This document shows, piece after piece, positions 47,198 to 59,486 of a DNA stretch of 64,000 bases (positions are counted from its first letter, which is position 1; every line of letters begins with the position of its first letter). The position numbers and the translations under genes were made by a program. The DNA is from Lytechinus pictus (Eukaryota). Under the pieces are notes generated by a model. That model was given only the letters and a program-made list of their open reading frames with translations, did not search any database and was not told the origin of the DNA. The stretch spans positions 32,428,001 to 32,492,000 of the forward strand of contig NC_087251.1 of NCBI RefSeq assembly GCF_037042905.1, read 5' to 3'.

Positions 47198-48863
47198 CAT
47201 ATGAAGATTTATATAAAATCTAAGTCTAATTAAATGCATGCAATTAAAAAATATGGCTTCTATAAATTACATATGAAGATTTATATAAAATGTTAAATCT
47301 AAGTCTAATCAAATGCATGCAATTAAAAATATGGCTTCTATAAATTACATATGAAGATTTATATAAATCTAAGTCTAATCAAACGCATGCAATTAAAAAA
47401 TATGGCTTCTATAAATTACATATGAAGATTTATATAAAATGTTAAATCTAAGTCTAATCAAATGCATGCAATTAAAAATATGGCTTCTATAAATTACATA
47501 TGAAGATTTATATCAATCTAAGTCTAATCAAACGCATGCAATTAAAAAATATGGCTTCTATAAATTACATATGAAGATTTATATAAAATGTTAAATCTAA
47601 GTCTAATCAAATGCATGCAATTAAAAAATATGTCTTCTATAAATTACATATGAAGATTTATATAAATCTAAGTCTAATCAAACGCATGCAATTAAAAAAT
47701 ATGGCTTCTATAAATTACATATGAAGATTTATATAAAATGTTAAACCTAAGTCTAATCAAATGAATGCAATAAAAAAAATATGGCTTCTATAAATTACAT
47801 ATGAAGATTTATATAAAATGTTAAATCTAAGTCTAATCAAATGCATGCAATTAAAAATATGGCTTCTATAAATTACATATGAAGATTTATATCAATCTAA
47901 GTCTAATCAAACGCATGCAATTAAAAAATATGGCTTCTATAAATTACATATGAAGATTTATATAAAATGTTAAACCTAAGTCTAATCAAATGCATGCAAT
48001 TAAAAAATATGGCTTCTATAAATTACATATGAAGATTTATATAAAATGTTAAATCTAATCAAATGAATGCAATCAAAAATATGGCTTCTATAAATTACAT
48101 ATGAAGATTTATATAAAATGTTAAACCTAAGTCTAATCAAATGCATGCAATTAAAAAATATGGCTTCTATAAATTACATATGAAGATTTATATAAAATGT
48201 TAAACCTAAGTCTAATCAAATGCATGCAATTAAAAAATATGGCTTCTATAAATTACATATGAAGATTTATATAAAATGTTAAACCTTAGTCTAATCAAAT
48301 GCATGCAATTAAAAAATATGGCTTCTATAAATTACATATGAAGATTTATGTAAAATGTTAAATCTAAGTCTAATCAAATGCATGCAATTAAAAATATGGC
48401 TTCTATAAATTACAAATGAAGATTTATATAAAATCTAAGTCTAATCAAATGCATGCAATTAAAAATATGGCTTCTATAAATTACATATGAAGATTTATAT
48501 AAAATGTTAAATCTAAGTCTAATCAAATGCATGCAATTAAAAAATATGTCTTCTATAAATTACATACGAAGATTTATATAAAATGTTAAATCTAAGTCTA
48601 ATCAAATGCATGCAATTAAAAATATGGCTTCTATAAATTACATATGAAGATTTATATAAAATCTAAGTCTAATCAAATGCATGCAATTAAAAAATATGGC
48701 TTCTATAAATTACATATGAAGATTTATATAAAATGTTAAATCTAAGTCTAATCAAATGCATGCAATTAAAAAATATGGCTTCTATAAATTACATATGAAG
48801 ATTTATATAAAATCTAAGTCTAATCAAATGCATGCAATTAAAAATATGGCTTCTATAAATTAC
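47198..48863. repeat. AT-rich satellite, 22 units of 71-72 or 78-80 bp
   Basis: Unit CATATGAAGATTTATATAAA(ATGTTAA)ATCTAAGTCTAATCAAATGCATGCAATTAAAAAATATGGCTTCTATAAATTA, counted from CATATG starts. Confidence 0.97.
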
Positions 48864-48864
48864 T

Positions 48865-49468
48865 CTAAGGTGTACCAAGACATAAAGAATAAATAGAACA
48901 GAGGTATATAAAGTGGAAAGACACATGGTAACAGAACTAGAAACTCGGTTCACAATGGTGTAGTGGTACCGCTTGTACGCACGCAGGCTGGAAAAAAGGC
49001 ATTTTCTCATAGTGCTGCCATTCTCTGGAATCAGCTGGATAGTGGTACCCGTAGTGCAGTCTGGAGGCAATCCCTCGCTACATCTTATTGGAGAGCGATA
49101 AACTACTACTAAATTAAAAATAACTACCCCTATCTGGCTGATTCCAGGGACAAGCAATCAAGTAAACACAAAATTAATCAATAAACATATGATCATAGGG
49201 AATATATAATATATGGATTTGCATATGCACAATATGTTGACTTTTGTTCTACATACACACATGTATTTCAGTATGCCTGTGTGTATGTCCTGCATGTTGC
49301 TTGTCTCTTTGAACATATTTTCTTCCTTGTTTACTACCTTTTCATTGTTTGTACTTGTTATATGTATGTATTTGTTACTTGTATGCAGGGCCCCCAAGAA
49401 AAACAGTGCTTAGTCCACTGATGGGGTTACCCTGGGTAAACAAAACAAAATAAATAAATAAATAAAAC
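48865..49468 (+). mobile_element. 5'-truncated LINE remnant (L2/CR1 group): ORF2 C-terminus, 3' UTR and (TAAA)n tail
   Basis: Frame from 48924 reads HGNRTRNSVHNGVVVPLVRTQAGKKAFSHSAAILWNQL, matching the H..TR....P..RT..G...F.....WN.L signature of this group; tail ends ACCCTGGGTAAA...(AAAT)n. Confidence 0.8.
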
Positions 49469-50382
49469 AAATGAGAAGGGTGAATTCTATTTTCCAATTA
49501 CAAAAAAAAAGATTAAATAGATGGAGTGAATATGATAGTAATAATAAATTTGATATAATAATGGCTATGGAAAAGGGAAAGCCAAGGATGAAATATATCT
49601 AGTATGCACATGTGTCTGCTTACAACTAATCCTATATTTATAAGATTTGTAGAAAATTTGGCGGTAGATACATCCTCAGAACAACCAAATAACATTCAAG
49701 CACATACATGTACAACACAATTACAATGCCAGGGCTATTAATCACTCCTCACCTGTACTACCTCATCATTAAAAAACATTTTAAAGTATCATATCAAGTA
49801 TATTTGCCATTATCTCCTTTGTGAATTTACTACTTAAAATTTTAATCAAGGGCAGATTACATGTTCAAATTAATTTCAAAATGATATTTACAATGCTGTT
49901 ACTATCATGTATTTAATTATATTCACCAATAATAATAAAGACAGAGACAGTACCTAACATAACCAACCAATGTGTTCCTTCTTCGGGAAGTTTAAGTCAC
50001 ATAAAAACATACATGTGCATTATCATGGGGACTTGTGCATTATATTTACAAACTGTAAAATATAGGACTAATTTGCTCATATGAGGAAAGCAAAACACAT
50101 TTATACACACTTAGGAAATAGATAGGACATTTTAATAATCCCAACAAAATAGTTTGCATAGATACATATATTGATTTATAAATGTATTCTTCCTAATCTG
50201 CAAACCGTAAAACATCTAGAAAATTATTCTTTCTACATATTTGGTCATTCTTAAACATAGATTTATTGAGTTTTGTTTTATGCTTCAAATAGACCCTTAA
50301 CATCATCATACATACCTACTCGAGATTAATAGATAACAAATATATATCCATCCATTTCTACCCGGTTGTTTTTTTTTACTCT

Positions 50383-50591
50383 TTATTCTTTCAAGCTTAT
50401 TGTCGTTGGTATATGATCCATCTCATAATACTGATGTGTGATACCCTCTTCCTTTACCTTCACGATCCTGATACCTGGTATGTCTGTCGCCCTCTGTTGC
50501 CAGCCCATCGCTGAGGTCACCACCTGTTCCACCCCCTTGTAGAACCCGCCATCATTTTGGTGATAATGACCGGAGAAAACAACCTTCACTC
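50383..50591 (-). CDS. CPPED1: CPPED1 exon 6 (GVKVVFSGHYHQN...stop)
   Basis: gacag|GA; GHYH motif, TAA stop. Confidence 0.94.
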
Positions 50592-53500
50592 CTGTCAGAC
50601 ATAACAGAGGTAGAGATGAACAGGTTTAGAAAACTCTTTGATACCCTGATTTAAGACGTTGACTTAATATCAAAAGAAATATGCTGTACAAACTGAGTAT
50701 ATTTTTTAAAATGTTGTGATTGCTGCTGTAGATGAATTGTAATCAAAGACATGGGCCCCGTTGCATAAAAGTTGCCATTATGGTATCTTTCATGAAATCC
50801 TTGATTTTGATTGGCTGATGAGCATTGTTTCCATGGTGGTTACCATTGGATGGCAAATTTACTATAGTAGCTTTTATTCAATGGGTCATGGTGTCATTTA
50901 TATAACTATAAATCTTAGAAGTAACAAATCACCAGAGAGAGCATAAAAAAGTTATTGTACCTAGCTACACCATTTAAGTCCGTTAATAACTTACCAGCGT
51001 CATTAAACTTTTCAAGCATCTTGAGGCGGAATTCCTTTTCAATATTGAAATAGACTTTCTCTTCATCTGGCTCCTGGAGAAACCATGCTATGTGCTGGAA
51101 TACCACAGCATGCTTGCATCCTGACGTTTTTATTGCTAAAATAAATAGAATAGAAAAATATCTTCACCAACACCTCTTTAAAGGTTTCATCGTAATTTAA
51201 CCGGAATTTAAAAAAAGGAAAACTCAATTCATATAATAATAATAAGTAACATTATTTGTATTTGTATATCTCTAACACTTAGGAAAAAATAGAAAAAGAG
51301 AAGGAATTTCAGGAAAAAAAATGAATAAATACTAATAATAATAATTAAAGTAATTATGAAAGGAATGGAATGGAATAGAAAGTAGTATTTAAATTGACAA
51401 ACTATATAAGTACTTTACTCAAGAAATTTTGTTTCAAAGATATATTTGATATTGTGTCTGTGATCTAGGTTTGAAACAATAAAGATTCTTAATCATACCA
51501 AACTTCTACACCTAAAAAAGAGCATTAACTAACTACCAAAATTAATCTGATACTCTATACAGTCATGACAGAAAGTTTCATTATATCTACATGTATCAAG
51601 TGAAGTGTTCTGGAAGTAGAACCACATGAATGAACATAACGGACACAAAATGTTTTTCATCAGTTTACTGAATGAATAGCAACTAAATAAGGAATGGTAA
51701 AAAAAAAAAGAAAAATATGTTTTATACATTTCATAACAAATAGTGAAGGAGAGCACATGACATAGCTGAAACATGGCAGATGAACATGAAATAGCAATAG
51801 TATACATGTATTTAAGAGTTTCAAAGATGAAAAATACATATTAATAAGCAACTAAAGTAACTCAATCTGGAAATAGTCAGTCAAAAATAGTATTACTATT
51901 ATAATTTTTTGTGTGTGTCATCTTTGCTGGGAGGCAATAAGTGAACTGAATCACTATGACCCGCAGGTCTCTCATCCCAATATAACTGATAAGAGGGTTT
52001 CCCCTACACTTATATGAATAATGCAGTGGGTTCTTAACATGCAAAGGTAGTGACTCTTCTCTACTAAACTGCCAATCATCATTTTGATTTTTGATTAAAG
52101 TATACATATAATCTTTCAGATACACTAGATTGGTAACATTACTACTCTAACAAAGAAATGCATGGAAAATATGCACCTGCAACATGTCAAGACAATCACA
52201 TGAGACAAGAGAGGGCACACTTACCTTCTACTTCTTGAAGCAGCCAATCATCATGTTGCTTTCTAATCTCTTTGGATTTACTATCATCATGGTACATCTG
52301 AGTGTTGAGGACTAAGAACCGAACACCACCAGCCCAGAAACCATAGTAATCATCTCCAAACCTGATTATATAAGAACAGATTTTTTTTAACTTGATGATT
52401 TAGACAAAGTAAGGCCCTTATAACAGGGTTCAACAACTCACAGAGTCTTCCTACTAATCATATTAATTCAATGAAACCTTCTTTCAAATGAAACACCTAA
52501 TTCTATCCAAACAAAACAATTATTTGAATGGTAAGAGAAAAATTCCATCAAAATTGGATGTAAAATACTATAATTTTGTTTATCTAATACAAAAAAGTTA
52601 AATATCAAATGCTTAACAGGAAAAAGCTAGAGTTCTATGGACATCCCCAGTGATAATTTCATTTCAAAAGAATTAGAAAAGAAACTAGTCAAAATAGATA
52701 CAGGATGACCGATGTATTGGTCCCTAAAAATATACGTTAGCAGGGTAACACTTTGGATTTGGGAAATCAAAAAAACTCAAGTAACTGTAAAAGTAAAGTT
52801 ACAAATAAAAATATTGAAGATAAAAAAATAACCATGAGCAATGACTTATCTATACTCTTTACCCTTTCGTCAGCCGGAATAACAAGATTTTTGACAAGGT
52901 AATGCTAAATTTCATTAAGAAGATAAAACCACTGGTATGTGTGCTCATAAAGCATGAGAAGTTTTCTGACTAAACAGGATTTCAACTTGGTAATATGACC
53001 CTCGTAAAGCCAGATCAGGGCAGTGTAACAGGATGTTATTACTAATTTACTAGACTACTAGTCTAGGTGTGATGTCATATATTTGACATGTGAGGAATAT
53101 GTGGATATGTCAACAAGTTGGTGGTGATATTTGTGACATACTACTGACTGTAGATGAAAAATTAATGGGTCATTCATATAATTCTCATTCTACATGATTC
53201 CAAGATATTGAACATGTACATAGAAACTTCGAACAATTTCTGATCTTTTAGTAACCTGCATGGGGCAACTTGACATAGCCATAGAACTTCCACCATGGTG
53301 AGGATAATAGTAAGATCAAATAAAGTACATAAGTATACATGAAATAATAATAAGAAATTAATTTGTTTATGCTACTGGGGTTTCTCATCATAACTCATGT
53401 TCCTTTTTTTTTTAGTCCCTCAACATTCATCATGATGACAAATTAGAAGAGTATTAATAGCAATAGTACTTAATTTAATCATCACACAAGCAAATGTACA

Positions 53501-56500
53501 ATCGGTCATTATTAAAAGCAGGGAGTTGAGAAAGTTGAGAGGTAATTCCATAAAAGTTACTCCGTTAGAACCATGTGACTGCATTTGCCTGCAGATTTTC
53601 ATCTCACCGGAAGCATGTACCAAATGACGTCATTCAAACACGTTTACGATCGCGGTCCTGCTTATACTTCCCTAGAAACCCTGATTCTGGTCAAACAACG
53701 TTTTGAAACGCACCTATTTGTAAGTTTACATTTGGCATTCTGAAACGTCGTTTAAATGAGAGCAAGCATGGACACAACCGTGTTTTGGACTACTCAAGTA
53801 CGAAAACGCTGATTCTGGCCTGAAAAGTAGAAGCATAAACATGCCCTAATTACTTTTTAGCCAATAACATTGACATTCGCATCCTACCAGCAGTACCGGT
53901 CACCCATTTCACACCTGGGTGTGGAGAGTGGCATTGTATAACTTGATGCCTTGCCAAAGAATGCATCCCTACTTCCAAGCAGTTACAGCAAGACCCATGG
54001 TTAATTACCTTTCTGTGTAAGCTGCAATGGATGCCGCATCCGGTATTCTACCAACATCATGGTTACCACTGACCAGAACAAGAGGGATCTTGGAATCAAG
54101 CTTAGAGAACTCTTTGATGAAGTCTGCTTCTTGCTCATCCCGAAGGTACTCTCCTACAAGAAACAAAATGATTGCAGAGTTAAGATTACAGATGTCTTTT
54201 ATGAAAATATAGAGATATATTATTGAAAAAAAAATGTTGCTGTAGCCCTATACTGTATACAAGAGAGAAAACTTTGGTTACGTGTGCTCTTAGTGTTTTA
54301 ATCAATTTATCATCAACAATTAAAAAAAATTGAGTTTGAACAGAATCCAATAAAATCACTGCTAAAGTAATTGTAAATAATTTTTTTTTAATGTTCCAAA
54401 TGATCCTAGTATGCAATCAACAATTGCTTTTAAAATATAAGCAAAAGCAGCATAATAATAATAATAATAGGCATTTGCATAGCGCCATCTATCTAGAAAC
54501 AATCTATTCTGAGGCGCATTGTTATTATTATCATTATTACCCTGGCTTTAGCTCTAGCTGCCTTTCAGCGCTCCTACAGTAAAGGAATTAATCCTGCAGA
54601 GTATACCCATTCACTTCACCTGGGTCGAGTGCAGCACAGTGTGGATAAATTTCTTGCTGAAGGAAAACACGCCATGGCTAGGATTCGAACCCACGACCCT
54701 CTGTTTGAAAGGGGAGAGTTAGGACCACTAGACCAAGACATGCCCTACGCACATGACATTTCTATAGGGTGACTGGTCTTTTCCCAGCACATGTGCTTAT
54801 CTGTGTTGGTGATCTTCAGTGTACTTGTTTGCTTTTCAGCTTAGACTGCATGATTTTACACAACTAGATTAAAGGGCCGTCTGCACCATCCCGAGTTTTC
54901 AAATTAGCGCGCTATTTCTGATCCGGCAAATTATCCCGATCTGAACAATCTCGAGATTATTTGCAATGGAGACGCAATTATCGCGCTAGTTCGTAGGATT
55001 AATCTTGAGATTGCAATCCCAAGTCAACTTGGGATTATTTGCAAAATAGCGCGCTATTTTGCAAATTATCGCGCTAATTCGTAGGTGCAGACGCACTGGG
55101 GATTATTTATTCACGGCATCAGACCATAATGCAGCGATGCCTCGCACGAGCAGGAATCGCTATTCTTGCGATGGTGGAGACGGGGTTTCTTGAATCTCTA
55201 GATTAATCACGAAGAGGGCTGATCGGGCTAAAATCTTGAGATTGGGCAAACTCGGGATGGTGCAGCACCGCCTACAGTAATCTAGATCTATGATGATGAT
55301 GGAGGTAACAATCTACCCCAATTTAATGGTCTATTTGAGTTTAGCTTTTGTGTATACATGCTTTGCTTCTGCAGAAAACAGCATTTTAATAATAGGAACC
55401 AGTATCCATGACAACAACATTAAACTATAATACTATATATATATTCCAATGAAATATACATTTATCATTAGTGCTAAATGTAGAGTTTCCTGTACATAAT
55501 ATTCCATGAACCTGGGAGAGGGTTGTCTCATCCCCCCCCCTAGATAAACAAAAATTCTGACAAAATCGCCTACCTATGGCTGCAATGTCCATGGTATGTT
55601 TATAAGTGGACATAGCACTTTAGCCAAAGCCAGTCCCATATGTATAAGAACAAATATATTACCCATGAAGTGTCACTGCAAACCAATTTTATACAGTAGG
55701 CCTATATCTGTATTTTTCCACTGAATGACCCCAATCCAACTCTCCACCCACCCACCCACCCACCCATCCCCCCCCCCCCCCAACAAAACAAACAGCAATC
55801 AAAATTCGCCTTACAGCCTATTCCTCATACATTACCTGGACAGCTTTGAACAAGGTCCCCACACACTACAAAAAACTTTGGCCTTGGTGTCATGGCGTTG
55901 ACTGCTTCAATGGCTTGCCTTGTAAGCGCCACCTCCTGATCCCAACTGATATCTTCCTTGCCAGCCATGGTGTCCATCATGCCATACTGTGGATCAGCTC
56001 CCACCACAAACATGTATGGACCTTCCCAAGATTCTTCATTACCTGTAAAATAATATTAAGCTGGTGCTTATATAATGCATTATCAATTAAAATTGCTCTA
56101 TGGGCAGTTCTACGTTTACGGAGTGACATTCAGAAACAAGTTTTTAGCATTTAAACAAAGATATCACCCAAATTTACATAGTTATATTTGCAAAGAAATG
56201 GTACCTGACAATAGTTGCTGAAACCCACTTTTCAAAATAATATCATTTGTTATTTTGATCCACTGAATTAATGAGATATGAATATTCATAATCATGGTTA
56301 CGGAGTGACGTAAAATGGACATGCATATTTGAGGAGAAAACATATTGCTCAAACTCTGTGAACTATAAATGGCTATCACAATGTTGAGTTATTGATTGGA
56401 TTTTATGTTGTTCTAGCTTTAATATGCTGCATTACATTAAAAAAATTTGTGTATTTTTTCATTAATTACTAAATTACAACAAACCCATATACAAAGTGTC

Positions 56501-58814
56501 ATCTGAAATATTCACACACAGGTAACGTAAAATGAACTAACATTTTAAAATTTTCTTTTGATATGATGTAAAATTATGTAAAAGAAAGTTTTACAAAACA
56601 AGCAATAATTTTCTGTTAAATTGAAATTAAGTAAAAAACAATATGTAGTCCCATGTATAGAATTTTTTGTATGGTTTGGATTGTATTCATGAAATCCCAT
56701 ATGAGTTTTAATAGAAAAATTGATCCAGATTTGAAATAGAGCCAATATAAATTTTTGGAATATGTCCACTTTTGCTTGGAATTGCCCCTATGCTCTTTAT
56801 GTACAGAGCTTTCCAATTTCACAATACCAAAAAAAAGCCGAATAACTTTACAATCCAATGTCATAATCGATTATGAGAGCATGGAAACTAACTGTGGTGT
56901 TAGAAGTTTTTTAGAACATTGCATCACACACACGATACATTATGACATTGGATTCTAATGGTAAGCCAAAAAAAAAAGGAATCCAACTGTGAATATCAGA
57001 TATGATCAACAGATCTATGTCATTATTATGGATGCTGCATAATATCACCATGAGGGCAAAGTAAAGTAATATTTATCAATACAAGAGGCAATTGATGGGG
57101 GGGGGAATAGTTTGAATAGCATACCCTTTTTTCCTGATATGGGCAATTTCGATACCATATTCACTACACGTAGTCGTAGGTTCATCATCCAGCCATGAAA
57201 AAACAACTGTTTTACATGCTTTTGTGTATGAGCATGGTATGGTGTCCACTTGAGTTGGTTTCAATTCATATCAATAATTTAGTACTACACATGATGCACT
57301 TTGGTTTACCTCATTGTATTCGCTTTTGTTAATAAAATGACATACGAACTAGGATGAATGAACATCAGTCCTTAATAGCTAAAAGTTATTCTATCTGTAC
57401 ACAAAGGTGTACATTTTTATACTCTTCTTTTCTGCTTTAATGATCCTTATAAAAACAAGTGGAACGCCTCTGGCAGTCTCCCCTGCATTACGTGCTTCGA
57501 TATAGCAGCAGTGCTGACTTTGAAAACAGCTATTGAATAATTATTCACAAAAGAAGACATACTATGTCCATTGACCCAAAATTACCTTTGACCATGATCA
57601 TGTGATCTAAGATGTGTGCAAAACAATCATTTATACTTGATTACTCTTATATCTATGTTTCATAAACTAGATCCATGAACTTTCTTAGTTATGATGCCAA
57701 TTCAACTACTCCCAACATGACCAAAGTTCATTGACCCTAAATGACCTTGGACATGTGACCTGAAACTCCCACAGGATGTTCAGTGACTGATACTTGATTT
57801 ACTCATGTGTCCAAGTTTTATGAACTACATGTATAGATCCATAAACATTTAAAGTTACGATGGAAATTCAACAAATATCCCTAACATGCCCAAAGTTCAT
57901 TGACCCTAAATGACCTTTGACCTTGCCAATGTGACCTGAAACTCAAGCAGGATGTTAAGTAATACTTCATTACGCTTATGTGTAAGTTTCATGAAGTAGG
58001 ACCATATACTTCCTAAGTTATGATGACATTTCAAAAACTTAACCTTAGGTTAAGATTTCGAAATTGATTCCCCCAACATGGTCCAAGTTCATTGACCCTA
58101 AATGACCTTGGTCATGTGACCTGAAACCAAGGCAGGATGTTCAATAATACCTGATTATCCTAAGGGCCTTATGTCCAAGTTTCATGAACTAGGTCCATAT
58201 ACTTTCTAAGTTATGTCATTTCTTAAACTTAACCTTACATCTATGTTAAGATTGTATGTTGACGCCGGCGCCGCCGTAGCTGTAGGAAAAAGTGGCGCCA
58301 ACAGTCTCGCTCTGCTATGCAGGTGAGACAAAAATGATAATATATTGCATTTAAAAAACACTAGCCTCGTTTCTAAAGCATTTGTAACAGAAAACGGCTA
58401 TAACATGTGGTACCACAAAAGAAAACATATCACCAACTTCAATTTCATCACTTATTTGTAAGGCATGAATAAAATGATGAAATATCATTTAGCTAATTTA
58501 GCATGTTTAGTGCCCACTCATTACTCAAGCAAATGCAAGGTTAGTTTAACAAAACATTTTGTACAATTCGATTTTACAAATTATTCTCCGTGTGATTTTC
58601 AGTCTATATGACTGAGTTTTTTTGGATGTGATAAACAAAACAAAATTAACACACAATCTAAAATTTTTATATTTTTCTACCTCATTTACTAATGTAATAC
58701 CATTACTAGAGAGATTATTTACACACAAAAAAATCCACTTCAAAATCGTCATTAGATTTTACCTGTGAATCCATGGTATTGGCGATCCCTAGCTTCTATC
58801 TTGAAGTCAGTCAT
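50383..58814 (-). CDS. CPPED1: CPPED1-like serine/threonine phosphatase (calcineurin-like phosphoesterase), complete, 296 aa; complement(join(50383..50591,50995..51135,52225..52361,54009..54153,55836..56042,58763..58814))
   Basis: Six GT-AG exons total 891 nt in one frame. Metallophosphoesterase motifs ADPQYG, CGDL, SGNHD, FQH and SGHYH, plus family-typical WEGPY.F and FGDDYY.FW.GGV. Confidence 0.93.
50754..50888. mobile_element. Harbinger-like MITE, degenerate, related to the 25014 and 63592 copies
   Basis: GGCCCCGTTGCATAAAAG...CTTTTATTCAATGGGTC; core CCTTGATTTTGATTGGCTG. Confidence 0.7.
50995..51135 (-). CDS. CPPED1: CPPED1 exon 5 (KHAVVFQHIAWFLQEPDEEKVYFNI...)
   Basis: tttag|CA...G|gtaagt. 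Confidence 0.93.
52225..52361 (-). CDS. CPPED1: CPPED1 exon 4 (FGDDYYGFWAGGVRFLVLNTQ...HDDWL)
   Basis: atcag|G...G|gtaagt. Confidence 0.93.
54009..54153 (-). CDS. CPPED1: CPPED1 exon 3 (...IPLVLVSGNHDVG...)
   Basis: ttgtag|GA...AG|gtaatt; GNHD motif. Confidence 0.93.
54452..54745 (-). mobile_element. Full-length tRNA-derived SINE in CPPED1 intron 2
   Basis: Reverse complement of the 25291 family with (AAT)n tail and GGATTCGAACC. Confidence 0.87.
54873..55273. mobile_element. MITE with CTGCACCATCCCGAGTTT inverted ends
   Basis: GGGCCGTCTGCACCATCCCGAGTTT...AAACTCGGGATGGTGCAGCACCGCC; internal palindrome TTTGCAAAATAGCGCGCTATTTTGCAAA. Confidence 0.78.
55836..56042 (-). CDS. CPPED1: CPPED1 exon 2 (GNEESWEGPYMFVVGADPQYG...CGDLVQSCP)
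   Basis: ttacag|GT...G|gtaatg on the - strand. Confidence 0.93.
57454..58334 (-). mobile_element. Helentron-associated (HINE/DINE-1-like) non-autonomous element with an internal tandem array
   Basis: 12-bp subTIRs at 57476-57487 and 58318-58329, extra inverted repeat at 58304, GCC microsatellite-like patch, four 160-190-bp TGACC-rich core repeats, T-run ends, no clear TSD. Confidence 0.7.
58763..58814 (-). CDS. CPPED1: CPPED1 exon 1 (MTDFKIEARDRQYHGFT)
   Basis: ATG at 58814, donor G|gtaaaa, phase 1 matching exon 2; resembles the F..AR.R....F N-terminus of the family. Confidence 0.8.
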
Positions 58815-59486
58815 TTCTTGGACTTAAATGTGTGAACAAAAAGAAACTCGTATTTTTGTTTCCTTTCAAACAGCGCGGTGAATGATTTCTTCAGCTGATG
58901 TCGGAGGAAAACCGCCTCGAGTTCCGGCGCAGCTCGGTCACAATTATTGTGCTTCAAGAGTTAAAAAAAAAATCTCTATGACAATATCCGTTTGAAAATT
59001 GGCATCCGAATTCTATGATAAACATATAAAACGCATCAGTCATTAGTGGACCTAATACACATCGTTCTAATCTAAGTTAGTATACTGTAGTGTCGTGGTG
59101 TAGTAATTCCAATTCCGACTTTCTCGAACACGCGATTGAAACCACATCATAATTTTCCCGATTTTGTGACGCAATGCATGTGTGTTGAAATGTTGGCTTG
59201 AAATGGGATTTCCCCGGAATTAAAATTAGTCTTGTTATTCAGACATTATGGAGTGAGCCTCTATGTAGATAGAGTGAAGATTTATACAGAGCCAATTACA
59301 CCGTCTAAAAACACTTCATTTATACACATCTAAAAAAAAATCATCTAAAACTATACACGATGTAAATGTTGCAAACATAAACTATTGCCAGTATTATCAA
59401 TTTTAGCTGTATCCGTGAGTGGGGCCTGATGTCTGTAGACTACATTGAAATTGGCGTATTGTGCACGGGTCACATTTCCATGGGGG

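Noticed and set aside
47198..48863. Possible CRISPR array
   Set aside because: Head-to-tail repeats with no unique spacers, no cas genes, eukaryotic context.
48789..49157. 122-aa minus-strand ORF
   Set aside because: Antisense to the LINE remnant and satellite; the coding signature is on the + strand.
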